Source: Candidatus Poribacteria bacterium (lineage in GTDB: Bacteria; Poribacteria; WGA-4E; PCPOR2b). Taken from it: a stretch of DNA of 64,000 nt. This document shows, piece by piece, positions 1 to 10,811 of the stretch. Made by a program: the position numbers and the translations under genes. Position 1 is the stretch's first letter. Every line of letters starts with the position of its first letter. Under the pieces are notes generated by a model, which was not told the origin of the DNA, searched no databases, and was given only the letters and a program-made list of their open reading frames with translations. Location: NCBI GenBank assembly GCA_965116925.1, contig OZ220744.1:3232001-3296000 (forward strand), in the 5' to 3' direction.

Positions 1-357
1 GAATTCACCATAAATAGAAACAACAGGTTGAACGTATACCCATGCGTTTATCACATACATCTCATGCACTAGGGGGAACCATGGTAGCACTAATACTTTA
101 TGCGACTCCCTGCTCCATGTGGGGGTCATATACGCATCCAACTTCGTTAAGTCTTCGTTGCTGAGACCTAGCCAGATTACCCCAGCCACGGTTTCTTCCT
201 CCGAAGGGAGGACTGTTATTTGACTGTGGACGTTTTCTGCTACCTTGAAACCGGGGAGCCGTCCGTGGATTGGGTCGGTTTCGAGATCACGTTGGATTTG
301 GGATTCGATAAATTCACGCTGCTTGAATTGCGCATAGGTAAAAAGGTTCAAAATCAC
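1..357 (-). CDS. Gamma-glutamylcyclotransferase (GGCT/AIG2)-like protein, runs off window edge
   Basis: Not in ORF track. Manual translation from GTG at 357 (RBS GGAGGA): MILNLFTYAQF...VAGVIWLGLSNEDLTKLDAYM...INAWVYV matches the GGCT pattern. It reads into a MITE end at 1-12. Confidence 0.7.
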   Translation of the reverse strand, partial: MILNLFTYAQFKQREFIESQIQRDLETDPIHGRLPGFKVAENVHSQITVLPSEEETVAGVIWLGLSNEDLTKLDAYMTPTWSRESHKVLVLPWFPLVHEMYVINAWVYVQPVVSIYGEF

Positions 358-418
358 TCCTCCGTCGGCGGCTACGCTGAAACTGTCACGTAACTGCCTT
401 GTGCCAATCTATTCTGTG

Positions 419-477
419 AGAAACCGAGTTTTTTCTTGAAAACTCGGTTTCTGTTGCACGATTTCTTAATATGAGCC
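419..477. repeat. AGAAACCGAG hairpin repeat plus right end of GGCTCATG-type MITE
   Basis: agaaaccgag-ttttttcttgaaaa-ctcggtttct recurs at 16639, 34156 and 50161; followed by ttcttaatatgagcc. Confidence 0.8.
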
Positions 478-572
478 TCCGCTTAAAAGAGACAGATAGA
501 AATACTTAGACTACCTCGCTGCTCTGATTGAAGATAGTCAACCCAAAAATTGTCTTCGATTATATAAAGGGG

Positions 573-686
573 AAACCCTTCCTACCTTCCCTAGTCTCGG
601 TTTATCGGCCCCAATCCTCGTCCAAGAGGAGCGACAGGCAACACCGAGGATGGTGAAGTGGCCCCCTGCCACGGAAAGGGTTTAAA
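573..686 (-). ncRNA. Candidate sigma-54-dependent structured RNA or 5' leader
   Basis: Starts at the expected +1 of the sigma-54 promoter. The 5' AAACCCUUUCC can pair with the 3' GGAAGGGUUU. Internal stems GUGGC/GCCAC and UCCUCG/CGAGGA. No long ORF. Confidence 0.35.
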
Positions 687-696
687 CGTTGATAGT

Positions 697-712
697 AGCA
701 TAAACTGTGCCA
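697..712 (-). promoter_or_regulatory. Sigma-54 (-24/-12) promoter
   Basis: Minus strand TGGCACAGTTTATGCT = GG-N10-GC. Confidence 0.7.
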
Positions 713-821
713 GTGCTTGATCGAACAAGAAAGAATTCTATCAGGGCTGAGAAATCCTGTGATAGACTTGTCTTTGAAGGATATGGATGGGCAAATAGCG
801 CGCTAGTGGATGGGTTGAAAG

Positions 822-947
822 TGTTGCAAAATACCACAGATGAAATGGATTAAATGGGAGGATATCGGCAGGAAGCCTGTAATGACGCGGGATGCGAGCG
901 AGTTTGTCTCATAATGATACACTATCCCATTGTCCCATTTTGAGACA
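822..947. promoter_or_regulatory. Three TGT-N11-ACA enhancer-like sites (822-838, 905-921, 931-947)
   Basis: tgttgcaaaataccaca, tgtctcataatgataca, tgtcccattttgagaca; they lie upstream of the sigma-54 promoter and next to a bEBP gene. Confidence 0.55.
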
Positions 948-1235
948 ATTGAGAAGCGTTCACTAGGACATAATAGGGCTATTTAGTTTTCTGCTTTTGA
1001 CCGATTCGGAATGACCCGAATCCGTAGGCGGGGCATCTGGTCTCCCCACCGTATCATTGACCAGGAGATCGAACTACGGGAGAATTGAATGACCCTAGGG
1101 ACATGAGTTCATTCTCAATAGTAGTAGGCATACTCCGTATGCCGTACACCGTGATGAGAAAACGAGATGATTCCACTTCCCGGTCATCATGTTTCACGTA
1201 GAGACAAATCGGTTTCAAGCAATCCCTCACGCTCC

Positions 1236-3032
1236 TCAATCCGACTCGGAGAGTTGATACAACTTCAATTTCCGATAAAGAGTCGATCGAGCTATCTTCA
1301 ATGCTTGGGCGGACTTCGCCACATTATTATCCATCACCTTGAGTGCATGAGCCAGTATTTGCCGTTCAACCTCTTCAAACGGCAGGATTTCTGTTGAGTC
1401 GGGGGAAAATAAGATGGGTTGGGACGAAATCAGGGACGAAATCTGTGGGGGCAGGCTGGTTGGTTGTAACAGCTCTGTCGTCTCAAGTAGAACAGCGCGT
1501 TCAATGATGTTTTCCAGCTCGCGTACGTTGCCCGGAAAGTCATACTGCATCAGTAACCGTAAGGCAGCGGGGGAAATCGCTTTTATGGATTTCGTCACTT
1601 TCGCGGCGTATTTTTTTAGAAAATGGTTCGCCAACAGTGGAATATCTTCGTACCGATCTTTAAGTGGAGGAACCGTGATTGGAAAAGTGGCTATCCGATA
1701 GAACAGATCTTTCCGGAAAGTACCCGCTTCCACCGCAGCTTCTAAACTCTGATTTGTCGCTGTCAGCACTCGGATGTCAATTGGGATATTGGCTGTACCG
1801 CCGACCCGCTGGATTCGCCGCTCTTGGAGGACACGCAACAATTTCGCCTGCAGGGGCAATTCCATATCACCAATTTCATCAAGAAAGATGGTCCCTCGGT
1901 TCGCATGTTCAAATTTGCCGATTCGTTTCGTTGTCGCACCAGTGAAAGCACCTCGTTCATGCCCGAACAACTCACTTTCAATCAGTGTTTCTGGAATGGC
2001 AGCGCAATTGACGGTAATAAATGGGCCCGCTTTTCGATTGCTATTAAAGTGGATCGCGCGTGCAACCAACTCTTTACCAGTACCACTTTCTCCTGAAATC
2101 AGCACTGTAATATCACTTCCAGCCGTCCGTTGCATCAACGCGAACATCTGCTGCATGATTTGGCTCTTGCCTACAATTTCATCAAACGAGTGAGGCGTTT
2201 CAAGTTCGTCGCGTAAGATCTCGCGAATAACGCACACACAGGCTATCACCTCTCGATTCTCATCAAATAAGGGGATGGCACTAGCCCTGATGTGAATCCC
2301 CTCCGGCCGTTCCTTATTGCGTACAAAAAGTTCTTGATCTATTATTGCTTCACCCTGAAAAATGCGTGTGGACAGAAGCCGATCGATTGGAACGGGTGTT
2401 TCTTTGTCAGGATAAAAAACACCGTACGCTTCAGACCATTGGCTGGGTAATGGACCGAGGGGCTCCACACCGAACATTTGTTGTATACTTGGATTGATGA
2501 ACAATACGTGACCCGTTAAACTGATGACGACGATACCATCAGACATACTATCAAAAACGGCTTTCATCAGCTGGGTTTGATGGCGTAACTCGCCGATGGT
2601 TTGGTCTGATTGCTCCTCCATCGTTTTATACTGTGTGATATCGCGGAAAGTTATAACGATACCGGTGGCAGTCTCCTTCTCGTCTTTGACGGGGGTGATG
2701 CTATAGTCAATAGGGATTTCTTGGCCAGATTTCGCAATGAGCCGGGTATTATGAGAAAACAATCCCCCAGTGGTAACAGATTCACTTTGGAGTGTCTCGG
2801 TCAAAACCGTATTTTTTATAAGATGCCCTGAGTTTCCAACATAAATATCGAGAATATCCGTTACGTGCTTTCCACCAACTTCTTCCATTTCCCAACCCGT
2901 CAAGACTTCGGCAGCCGGATTCATAAATATTATCAATCCCTTTTGATCCGTGGCAATTACAGCATCACCGATACTGTTGAGAATTGTAGATAGCTGCTCA
3001 TTGCTTTCTGTGTATGCATGCTGTTCTTTCAT
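1236..3032 (-). CDS. PAS-PAS sigma-54-dependent transcriptional activator (bEBP, Fis-type HTH)
   Basis: Two PAS domains, GESGTGKE Walker A, GAFTGA loop, FLDEIG, C-terminal HTH; likely ATG at 3032. Confidence 0.95.
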   Translation of the reverse strand: MKEQHAYTESNEQLSTILNSIGDAVIATDQKGLIIFMNPAAEVLTGWEMEEVGGKHVTDILDIYVGNSGHLIKNTVLTETLQSESVTTGGLFSHNTRLIAKSGQEIPIDYSITPVKDEKETATGIVITFRDITQYKTMEEQSDQTIGELRHQTQLMKAVFDSMSDGIVVISLTGHVLFINPSIQQMFGVEPLGPLPSQWSEAYGVFYPDKETPVPIDRLLSTRIFQGEAIIDQELFVRNKERPEGIHIRASAIPLFDENREVIACVCVIREILRDELETPHSFDEIVGKSQIMQQMFALMQRTAGSDITVLISGESGTGKELVARAIHFNSNRKAGPFITVNCAAIPETLIESELFGHERGAFTGATTKRIGKFEHANRGTIFLDEIGDMELPLQAKLLRVLQERRIQRVGGTANIPIDIRVLTATNQSLEAAVEAGTFRKDLFYRIATFPITVPPLKDRYEDIPLLANHFLKKYAAKVTKSIKAISPAALRLLMQYDFPGNVRELENIIERAVLLETTELLQPTSLPPQISSLISSQPILFSPDSTEILPFEEVERQILAHALKVMDNNVAKSAQALKIARSTLYRKLKLYQLSESD

Positions 3033-3175
3033 GTTTGTTCGCCTTTCTTGCTGAAACAATCCGGATTACCGAATTGCGCCGTGCATAGGCAATGCGGAGA
3101 ATTCCCCCGTCACTTCGGTCTAACGCAGTGAGTCGGGTTCCACCGTCGTCTCAACAGGTTCCTTCTTTATCGCAA

Positions 3176-3291
3176 TCAGACAACCAAGGGGGGCACACAG
3201 ACGCATCGCCCTTCGTAGGGGTTGGGTCTCCCAACCCTTTACACATTAGAGATAGCTTCGGACTTCTGTAGGTCGATTTTCCAAAATCGAC
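3176..3291 (+). repeat. Compound repeat with two GTAG-REPs; inverted copy at about 55404-55525
   Basis: About 115 bp similar to the reverse complement of 55404-55525. Confidence 0.8.
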
Positions 3292-3315
3292 ACCACCACG
3301 TCCTAGCAGCCTGTG

Positions 3316-4323
3316 CTATAATACGTTTTCTTCCGATCCAATTTTAACAATCATCTTGCCCATATTCTCGCCCTTGAAAAGACCGATAAATGCCTGTGGT
3401 GCGCTCTCCAATCCTTCTACGACTGTTTCCTCCCAATGCAGCCTACCTTCGCGGATCCATTGCCGCATATCGGCGTAAAATTCAGGGGTGCGATCCGCAT
3501 AGTCGGTGACGATGAAGCCCTGCAATTTCAGGCGTTTGCCGATAGCGGCGCTGAGATTTTTGGGACCAGGGGTCGGTTCAACATCATTGTAATGCGAGAT
3601 CATGCCACACAAAGGGATACGTCCGTGCATGTTCATCAGCGAGAGCGCAGCTTCGAGATGCGCGCCACCGACATTCTCAAAGTAAATATCAATGCCGTCT
3701 GGACAGTGCTGCTTTAACTCGTCTACTAAGTTATCGCCCCGCTTATAGTTAAAGGCTGCATCGACACCCGCCTTTTCCAACAGCCACTCCACCTTCTGAT
3801 CCGAGCCAGCACTGGCAACCACGCGACACCCTTTGATCTTGGCTATCTGGCACACAATCGCGCCAACCGCGCCGGAGGCAGCGGAAACGAACACCGTTTC
3901 TCCCGCTTTCGGTTCGCCGACATCTAGTAGCCCAAAATAGGCAGTACGTCCCGGCATACCGACCGCACCGATAAAGGATTGGATCGGGGCAAGCGTTGGA
4001 TCAATCTGACTTAGGCTCTCTGCCCTAGCAAGGTAATACTCCCGCCAACCAAGTCCGCCCAATACATAATCTCCAACCTGAAACGATTCGCTCCCCGACT
4101 GAACGACCTGTCCAACACACCCACCTTCCAACGGCACACCGAGCGCGACATTCCTGACAACCCCGCGCATATAGGGATCGACTGACATATAGATATTTCT
4201 TACAAGGACTTCGCCTGCTTTAGGTTCAGCGACCATTACTTCCACAATTTCAAAATCGCTCTCCTTAGGAATGCCGACGGGACGCTGCCTGAGACGGATT
4301 TCGCGGCTTACAATTTCACTCAT
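3316..4323 (-). CDS. NADP-dependent oxidoreductase (CurA/PTGR-type MDR)
   Basis: SVDPYMR, GMPGRTAY, AASGAVG, YFENVGG motifs. Confidence 0.92.
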   Translation of the reverse strand: MSEIVSREIRLRQRPVGIPKESDFEIVEVMVAEPKAGEVLVRNIYMSVDPYMRGVVRNVALGVPLEGGCVGQVVQSGSESFQVGDYVLGGLGWREYYLARAESLSQIDPTLAPIQSFIGAVGMPGRTAYFGLLDVGEPKAGETVFVSAASGAVGAIVCQIAKIKGCRVVASAGSDQKVEWLLEKAGVDAAFNYKRGDNLVDELKQHCPDGIDIYFENVGGAHLEAALSLMNMHGRIPLCGMISHYNDVEPTPGPKNLSAAIGKRLKLQGFIVTDYADRTPEFYADMRQWIREGRLHWEETVVEGLESAPQAFIGLFKGENMGKMIVKIGSEENVL

Positions 4324-4393
4324 CTTTCCCCTCCTCTGTAGTAACCTCCGGTGCGAGTTGGTGAGGTTGTTATTGCCAATTGGTTCATTTTAT

Positions 4394-4437
4394 TTTTACG
4401 TTTCACGTCTTCACGTTTCACGTCTTCACGTTTCACG
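4394..4437 (+). repeat. TTTCACG heptamer tandem repeat
   Basis: (tttcacg)n variants; also near 34218, 37071, 37693, 40587 (reverse), 43800, 49569 and 53858. Confidence 0.85.
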
Positions 4438-4512
4438 CTCGATCACTGACCGGAGAACCTATCAACAGTTGAAAACGCGTTCCGTTGGTTAGCATGATTA
4501 GATGATAAAATA

Positions 4513-5385
4513 TCACGCCCAGACGAAAATTTCGTCATCGTCTTCCGAATAGCCGATAAAAGTCGCCAAAACCGTTCTGGGGGCGTTCCCTTCTACCGCA
4601 GCCACTCGGTGGATACAACCGCTGTTGAACAGATAGAAATCGCCCGGTTGAACCTCGATTTGCTGCTGTTCGATCTTGTTTTGGGCAGCGTATTCCTGAT
4701 ACGTGCCATTGGAGAGATGGGAATGCACCTCCGGACTCCAAACGCACCGATCTATAACCGCTTGGGGACTGCTTCCGGCACGGACGGAGTTCTGTATACA
4801 GATGAGACCCGCAAACTGGTGTGTAAAACGGGAGACCTCATAGTTGAACAGCTTGTCATCTAAGCCGACATGGTTGACGTGGGGAACATATTCGTGCCCC
4901 TCATAGTGAATCCGAAATATAGCGGGACCGTAAAGGCGTCCATCGGGTTCACGAGCAACCTTGACCTCCTTGTTCACCGCTAACGCAGAGAGACAATTGT
5001 AGAGGGTATCAACCGGATTATCAAACCCGTCGAAAAGGTGGCTGAAGAGTTCGTGCGTGCTCGCCGAGTGTTCCAGGAAAGCGTCCTTATTTTCCGTTTC
5101 ATCATCTGATACCCTCAGACCGCCGCGTGCGCGGTTAACTAGACTTGAACCGATATCTATTCGGCTTGGCAAGTTCCCGTCCGGGTTAGGCTGCTCTGGA
5201 TCACGTGTCATACCCCGATCAATGAACCGCTGCATGAGTCCATTACAGTGGTCTGGATTATAAGCACCGCGCAGCGCAATACCCGGGATACGAGCGTCCG
5301 CAAGGGCTTGGAGCGGATCAGCCTCATGGTCAAAAACAGTCGCTAGGTCGGGTTCCAGCACCGACCAACTTTCACTAAATGCCAT
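4513..5385 (-). CDS. Putative 2OG-Fe(II) oxygenase-like protein
   Basis: PHVNH...PGDFYLFNSGCIHRV...R pattern typical of a double-stranded beta-helix fold. Confidence 0.6.
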   Translation of the reverse strand: MAFSESWSVLEPDLATVFDHEADPLQALADARIPGIALRGAYNPDHCNGLMQRFIDRGMTRDPEQPNPDGNLPSRIDIGSSLVNRARGGLRVSDDETENKDAFLEHSASTHELFSHLFDGFDNPVDTLYNCLSALAVNKEVKVAREPDGRLYGPAIFRIHYEGHEYVPHVNHVGLDDKLFNYEVSRFTHQFAGLICIQNSVRAGSSPQAVIDRCVWSPEVHSHLSNGTYQEYAAQNKIEQQQIEVQPGDFYLFNSGCIHRVAAVEGNAPRTVLATFIGYSEDDDEIFVWA

Positions 5386-5484
5386 TTTATCCCTCCTGTT
5401 AGCCTTACCTAATTCTGTTCAAGAGTTACCCCTCTGTGGGTCGATTTTCCAAAATCGACAGCCTTTCTCACACACGAACCAATG

Positions 5485-5622
5485 TAGGACTTACGCAGTT
5501 GATATAAATATCGCTGCTGCCTTGGTGGGGCGGTGCCTGCTCTCCCAATTTGTAATAGTGGGTACAGGTTGCCTAACCTGTACGGGGGGTGCGATGTTTG
5601 CCAGCGAAGTGTGTAACTCCTA
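5485..5622. mobile_element. MITE family B (TAGGACTTACGCA termini)
   Basis: Terminal inverted repeats taggacttacgca / tgtgtaactccta, flanked by the direct repeat CAATG. Confidence 0.75.
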
Positions 5623-5655
5623 CAATGAACCAATGAACCAACACAGTGTCTCGAC

Positions 5656-7050
5656 CTACACAGACGTTGCCCTCGCCAATGCACCCATCGGATCCCATGC
5701 AGGCAGAACAATCGGTTCCGTTTCGAGCGCATCTTGCAGCTCATCAGGTAGATACGCCTTTCGTGCAGCAATCTCAAACATATACTGATCAAACCAGTTG
5801 TCGTTCATCAGGTAGAATCCCTTGCGCCCACTATCTGCGCCCCAACTGTTTTCAACCCGCCAACGCCGTGGAATCTCTCTGCCGTTCTCCTGGATCACAT
5901 CCACACCCGTAAACAGCATCGCATGGGTCATCAGGGTCTGGTGATACTGGAGCCGCCCCGCTTTATCAAGGGTAAATGGTGTATCGTAGACACCTTCATA
6001 ATCATACAGTTTCGCGTCCCAGAGACCGAGATCGGTTTGCATCATCTTCCCAACATCACACCCCATCCAGACCGGTTCCCCGTCCATAATGGTCTTCATC
6101 GCTATCTGTTTCATGAGGTCGATATCGATATTCAGATATTTGACAATCGCACCGCCCTCGACGTTGCCGAGGCATTCAACCGTGAAGGTTTTGCCGATCG
6201 GACTTGTCGGGCGTGGATCGTGGACAAGGCAGACATAATCATCAACCGGGACGGTGATATATTTCTCTGCGAACTGTTGCGGTGTCATCTCCCCGTCGCG
6301 ATGGAATTCTTTGTCCGCGTCGTTCCACTGCCAATCGAATTGGGTGGGCGGCGTACCGAGATGGATAGAGAGGATGCGGTGGATGACCGTGATAATCTCA
6401 TCTTTGGCATCTAACAGTTCATCGAAACTCGCATCTTTTGATGCCATATCACGAAGCGTCTTCGCGCCTTCGCGCAGCTTATTCAGCAGAATGCGATTCA
6501 TTCGCATTGAGCTTGAGGAACTCTGTGTCTCAGGCATAAATGCTTGGGGGACAAGCCCGTGTTTCTTGATTAGGTTGACGAACATATTCCACTGTCCACC
6601 ATCCTCTAAGGGGCTTTCAAGCAGCCATGCAACGCACCGATCATCTACAGGACGGTCTACCATCTCAATCATCCGCTGCAGAAAATAGTTGGAACGTTCG
6701 AGCTTATCCCAGAAGAAAGTGTAGTTTTGGCTGAACTCAAATTCTTTCAGGTTCATCTTCTTCATCGCACCGACGCGGAACAGGTTCAGCCCAGCGAACA
6801 TCCAACATCTACCGCTACTTTTCTGGTTCGTAACGCTCCAGTCATCTAACACATGGCTAAAGGTGAAGTCGCTGTTAGTAACAATCTGACGGTCAAGGGC
6901 GATGTCATCTACAGCGATCTTACAGACGGCATTCTGCGCCATCCGATAAACCGGGCTACCCTCAAAATCGTTGCGTAATTTTGTGATTCGGTGCGGGGAT
7001 AGTGTCCCGTCTTGCAAACCTTCAAGTGACCTTAATGTATCGGCTGCCAT
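5656..7050 (-). CDS. pepC: Aminopeptidase C / bleomycin hydrolase (C1B cysteine peptidase)
   Basis: QKSSGRCW, THAM, VENSWG, WDPMGALA; ATG at 7050 with RBS. Confidence 0.95.
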   Translation of the reverse strand: MAADTLRSLEGLQDGTLSPHRITKLRNDFEGSPVYRMAQNAVCKIAVDDIALDRQIVTNSDFTFSHVLDDWSVTNQKSSGRCWMFAGLNLFRVGAMKKMNLKEFEFSQNYTFFWDKLERSNYFLQRMIEMVDRPVDDRCVAWLLESPLEDGGQWNMFVNLIKKHGLVPQAFMPETQSSSSSMRMNRILLNKLREGAKTLRDMASKDASFDELLDAKDEIITVIHRILSIHLGTPPTQFDWQWNDADKEFHRDGEMTPQQFAEKYITVPVDDYVCLVHDPRPTSPIGKTFTVECLGNVEGGAIVKYLNIDIDLMKQIAMKTIMDGEPVWMGCDVGKMMQTDLGLWDAKLYDYEGVYDTPFTLDKAGRLQYHQTLMTHAMLFTGVDVIQENGREIPRRWRVENSWGADSGRKGFYLMNDNWFDQYMFEIAARKAYLPDELQDALETEPIVLPAWDPMGALARATSV

Positions 7051-7456
7051 ATCAGTACTCCTATCTGTTGAAATGCAATTGGCTTTTGTGCCCACACAGA
7101 CGGTGTAGGACAATTAATAGTAGTAGGCATACTCCGTATGCCGTAACATTAGTCGCACCAACGAACCAATATATGGTGAAATCTAAAAATAAATAGCCCC
7201 TTTCGCCCCTCGGTTTCGATCCCGATTTAGCGGGGACCTGCCCCTACATTTGGTTGATTTTGTAGGGGCAACCCTCGTGGTTGCCCGACTGACTGCTATA
7301 GGCTAATTTCTTCTGCTCGACTTGGATAGACATATCCAAGTCATCTTGTATTTTGTCGCTCCAGAGGAGCGATATGTCTATAGAATACCGATATTAAGGA
7401 CGCCTGCGCTCCAGAGGAGCGCAATGTGTATAGTAGAGTTGATATCAGGGCAGATC

Positions 7457-8425
7457 CTACGGAATCAACAAAACCTTACCGGTCGTCTGCCTACCTTCTA
7501 ACGCACGGTGTGCATCAGCAGCATCTTGGAGCGGAAACGTCCGATCAATGCGCAGCTTCAATGTACCAGAAGAAATCCATTCAAAGAGATCTCCCGCGCG
7601 TCCCATCAGCTCTTCCCGATCGGCAGCGTGATGCCCTAAACCCGGGCGCGTGATAAACAACGAACCGCTCGACAAACGGCTCAGATCGAACGGAGGCACG
7701 GGCCCACTCGACTGTCCGAACAGAGCCAAATAACCACGGGGACGAAGGCAGCTGAGGCTCTTATCAAAGGTGGTCTTGGCGACCGAGTCGTAGACCACAT
7801 CAACTCCCCGCCCATCGGTTAGGCGTTTAACTTCGGCTTCAAAGTCGGTCTGTGTATAGAGGATGACCTCATCGGCACCAGCACCCTTAGCAAGCTCCGC
7901 TTTCTCCGGCGTGGAGACTGTACCAAATACACGCGCCCCCAACGTCTTAGCCATCTGAATAAGCAGTAAGCCGACTCCACCCGCGGCTGCATGAACCAAT
8001 GCCGTGTCGCCCGTACCAAGTGGATAGGTACTGCGGGTCAGGTAGTGCGCTGTCATCCCTTGAAGCATCGCCGCCGCTGCCGACTGCGTATCAATCGAAT
8101 CGGGTAAAGGAACAAGCACTTGAGACGGCACAATTGCCACCTCGGTGTAGGAACCTTGGTGCATCGCATAACCCACCCGATCTCCCACATTGACCTCGGT
8201 GACACCCGGTCCGATTGCATCAACCACACCCGCACCTTCCATCCCCGGCGTAAAGGGCATGTTGGTACTCGGATAAAGTCCCGTGCGGTGGTAAACGTCG
8301 ATATAGTTTAGTCCCGCTGCTTCGATGCGCACCCGCGCTTCTCCCACACCGGGCTCACTGGCAGAAACTTCTTCATAGCGGAGTGCCTCCGGTCCTCCAT
8401 GTTCATGAATACAAATAGCGTGCAT
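7457..8425 (-). CDS. qor: NADPH:quinone oxidoreductase (zeta-crystallin type)
   Basis: [25 protein letters not shown] motifs. Confidence 0.93.
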   Translation of the reverse strand: MHAICIHEHGGPEALRYEEVSASEPGVGEARVRIEAAGLNYIDVYHRTGLYPSTNMPFTPGMEGAGVVDAIGPGVTEVNVGDRVGYAMHQGSYTEVAIVPSQVLVPLPDSIDTQSAAAAMLQGMTAHYLTRSTYPLGTGDTALVHAAAGGVGLLLIQMAKTLGARVFGTVSTPEKAELAKGAGADEVILYTQTDFEAEVKRLTDGRGVDVVYDSVAKTTFDKSLSCLRPRGYLALFGQSSGPVPPFDLSRLSSGSLFITRPGLGHHAADREELMGRAGDLFEWISSGTLKLRIDRTFPLQDAADAHRALEGRQTTGKVLLIP

Positions 8426-8554
8426 CTGTCTATCTCCTGTTTTGGTTCATTCGTGTATTGGTTCATCAGCGTCGTAGGCGGGGCATCTTGCCCCGCTCGA
8501 AGTAGCCTGTAGGTCAAGTTTCCATACTCGACAATACTAAATCCGAATCGGGGA

Positions 8555-9301
8555 TCAGAGCGCATCGGGAGCCAACTCCCGCATTCGCGCTATCCACCGC
8601 TCGCGCTTCGGATGTCCTTCGGCATTGGCTACCCACGGTCCGTAGTCAACCCCATTGCCGATAATCTGTTTTTGCGTGGCTTCTGCTTCCTCTGGCGTTT
8701 TTGGATTGTTGTAGTAAACCAAGACGCACATCCGGCGATCCACCCCACCGCCCCAACTCGCATGCCAGCATCGTACATCGAAAGCAACCACGTCCCCCGG
8801 CTCCGATTCAAAGATGTAAGCGGGCACATCAGGGATATCGAGTTCCAATGCCTCCATCTTTTGCCGTAATTCCCCGTGAAAGGACGCCTCGTGCGAACCC
8901 GGTATCAACCGCAACGCACCAGTTTCCGCAGTCACCGGTTGTAGGTAGTACGCAAACTTGACGCCGTACTGATGGAGACTTCCGGTGTCGGGATGCCAGC
9001 GCGTATCCCCGACGTAACGGTTAATGTCGGAGGCGATACCGAAGACATCTTCGCCGTAGAGTTGCTCTGCTGCATCGCAGAATCGTGGATCTTCCAGTAG
9101 TGAGGCGAGGAAGGGCGTATCGGTCCCCATCGTTATCAGCCAATGTCGGCGTGTGCCATCGAATGGGTCATCTCGAAACCCTTCCTCCATTGCTGCCTCA
9201 AACTCCGTGTTGATAGTCTTCAGTTCATCTTGGTTGAACAACTGCCGAAAAGTCAGAAATCCGAAGGTCTGAAAGTGATTGATCTGTTTTTGCGTGAGCA
9301 T
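8555..9301 (-). CDS. Phytanoyl-CoA dioxygenase (PhyH) family protein
   Basis: F..FGFL N-terminus, WHPD, GALRLIPGSH, WHAS; ATG at 9301. Confidence 0.88.
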   Translation of the reverse strand: MLTQKQINHFQTFGFLTFRQLFNQDELKTINTEFEAAMEEGFRDDPFDGTRRHWLITMGTDTPFLASLLEDPRFCDAAEQLYGEDVFGIASDINRYVGDTRWHPDTGSLHQYGVKFAYYLQPVTAETGALRLIPGSHEASFHGELRQKMEALELDIPDVPAYIFESEPGDVVAFDVRCWHASWGGGVDRRMCVLVYYNNPKTPEEAEATQKQIIGNGVDYGPWVANAEGHPKRERWIARMRELAPDAL

Positions 9302-9519
9302 TATATTATTCCTCCCACTCCACATCGCCTAAATGTGCATCGGATTGGTCTCAGTCTGTAGGTCGAGATTCATATCTCGACGGAATACTTTATCTCTTGA
9401 CAGAAATTCTGCTTTAGTATATCCTTTCGGGACTTACAATTCAATCGAAAAAAATCCGTTGTAGATTGTGAATAAACAGAGACCGATGTATCTGATTTCA
9501 TAGATCCATATAAATCTTA

Positions 9520-9759
9520 TAGTGAATCAGAGGAATAAGTGGACATTTACCAATAACTCTAACCTACGCAAAGTCTCCCAAGTCCCCCTGACAAGGGGGA
9601 TTTAGGGGGTTGGCTGTGCATTGGGAGTGTCTCACTAATTCTATAGTGAATTCAAAAAATAAATGAACACTTTCGCTCCCCATGTTTAGTAGGTGCTGTT
9701 TGCAACTGCGCCGATTTTGGGTGTTTCATTAATTCTAAGATCCACTATAAAATCTACCA
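9520..9759. mobile_element. Nested family A MITEs (outer 9520-9759, inner 9644-9747)
   Basis: Both flanked by TA; removing the inner copy plus one TA restores the outer end aattctaaaatctacca. Confidence 0.85.
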
Positions 9760-9818
9760 TAATACACAATGCTAGAGCTATTCGTCTCTTTTCACTTATG
9801 ACTTGGGAGAAAAATGAT

Positions 9819-10688
9819 ATGGCAAATACAATCAACCCACCGCAGATCCGACACATGGCAACGCTCTGGACCTTGACAGACTATGGCGATGCTGCTGGAG
9901 AATGGTCCACCGATCGGAAGATCGAGGAGATCAAAAATGCCGGGTTCGACGGTTTTCTCGGTCGGGTGCCGGTCGTCACCGCCGAGCATGTCCAACAGTC
10001 TGGGTTGTTGTTCGCAGCGACTGTAGATATAGGAGAAGCAGCAGAGGTTGAGCCAAAACTTCAGGCAATTAAAGAGGTGGGGGCGGTCTGTGTCAACGTG
10101 CAGATGCTCGATCACGATACCCCGACGAACGAAGCGATAACGCGGGCACGTCAAGTCATGGAAACCGCGGGCAGGCTAGAGATGGATGTCGCTATTGAGG
10201 TGCACCGCGACACCTGCACTGAGACGCCAGAAAAGGCTTATGCGCTCGCAGAAGGTTTCGAGGAAGCGGAGGGACGACCCCTAAAGATGACGTGGGATTT
10301 CTCGCACCCCGCTATCATCAAGCACCTATCGCCACCGTACTGGGACCGACTGGCAGAACGCGTCGACCTTATCCAACTCGCCCAGCAGTTCCACTTCCGT
10401 CCCTTTAACGGGCACCACTGCCAGATTCCTGCGCTCGGTCACAATGGCGAGTTCACGCCGGAGTTCTTGGACTGGCTTGAGTTTGCGGATCGGCTCATCG
10501 AGGTGTGGCTACAAGCGGCGACGCCGGGGCGAGAGATGTTTGTCTGTCCAGAACAAGGTGCGATGGGCTATACGCTGTCCGTCTTTCCGGATCGATGGAA
10601 GGATGTGCAAGCCATTCGCGGTGAGGTAGAGCGAGTTTGGCAAAAGCACATCAAAAACTGGATGCCACCGCAATCGAATGAAACGTGA
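9819..10688 (+). CDS. Xylose isomerase-like TIM barrel protein
   Basis: EVHRDT, WDFSH, FHFR, CPE metal-site pattern; ATG at 9819 (the upstream extension is MITE-derived). Confidence 0.8.
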   Translation: MANTINPPQIRHMATLWTLTDYGDAAGEWSTDRKIEEIKNAGFDGFLGRVPVVTAEHVQQSGLLFAATVDIGEAAEVEPKLQAIKEVGAVCVNVQMLDHDTPTNEAITRARQVMETAGRLEMDVAIEVHRDTCTETPEKAYALAEGFEEAEGRPLKMTWDFSHPAIIKHLSPPYWDRLAERVDLIQLAQQFHFRPFNGHHCQIPALGHNGEFTPEFLDWLEFADRLIEVWLQAATPGREMFVCPEQGAMGYTLSVFPDRWKDVQAIRGEVERVWQKHIKNWMPPQSNET

Positions 10689-10811
10689 TGTCCCGTTCCG
10701 AGGATTCCGATAAAGCGGGACGTGAAACGTGCAGAGGAATACCCCCCGAATTGCGACCTGTTTCACGCCAATTGTACAAACTTTAGCAAAAAAACCTTAA
10801 AGGAGATTTTC

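Noticed and set aside
391..407. Second sigma-54 promoter (TGGCAC on minus strand)
   Set aside because: No GC or TTG at the -12 position
9693..9818. N-terminal extensions of ORF-track calls (also 45964 and 55456)
   Set aside because: They begin inside repeats; downstream ATGs fit the protein families better
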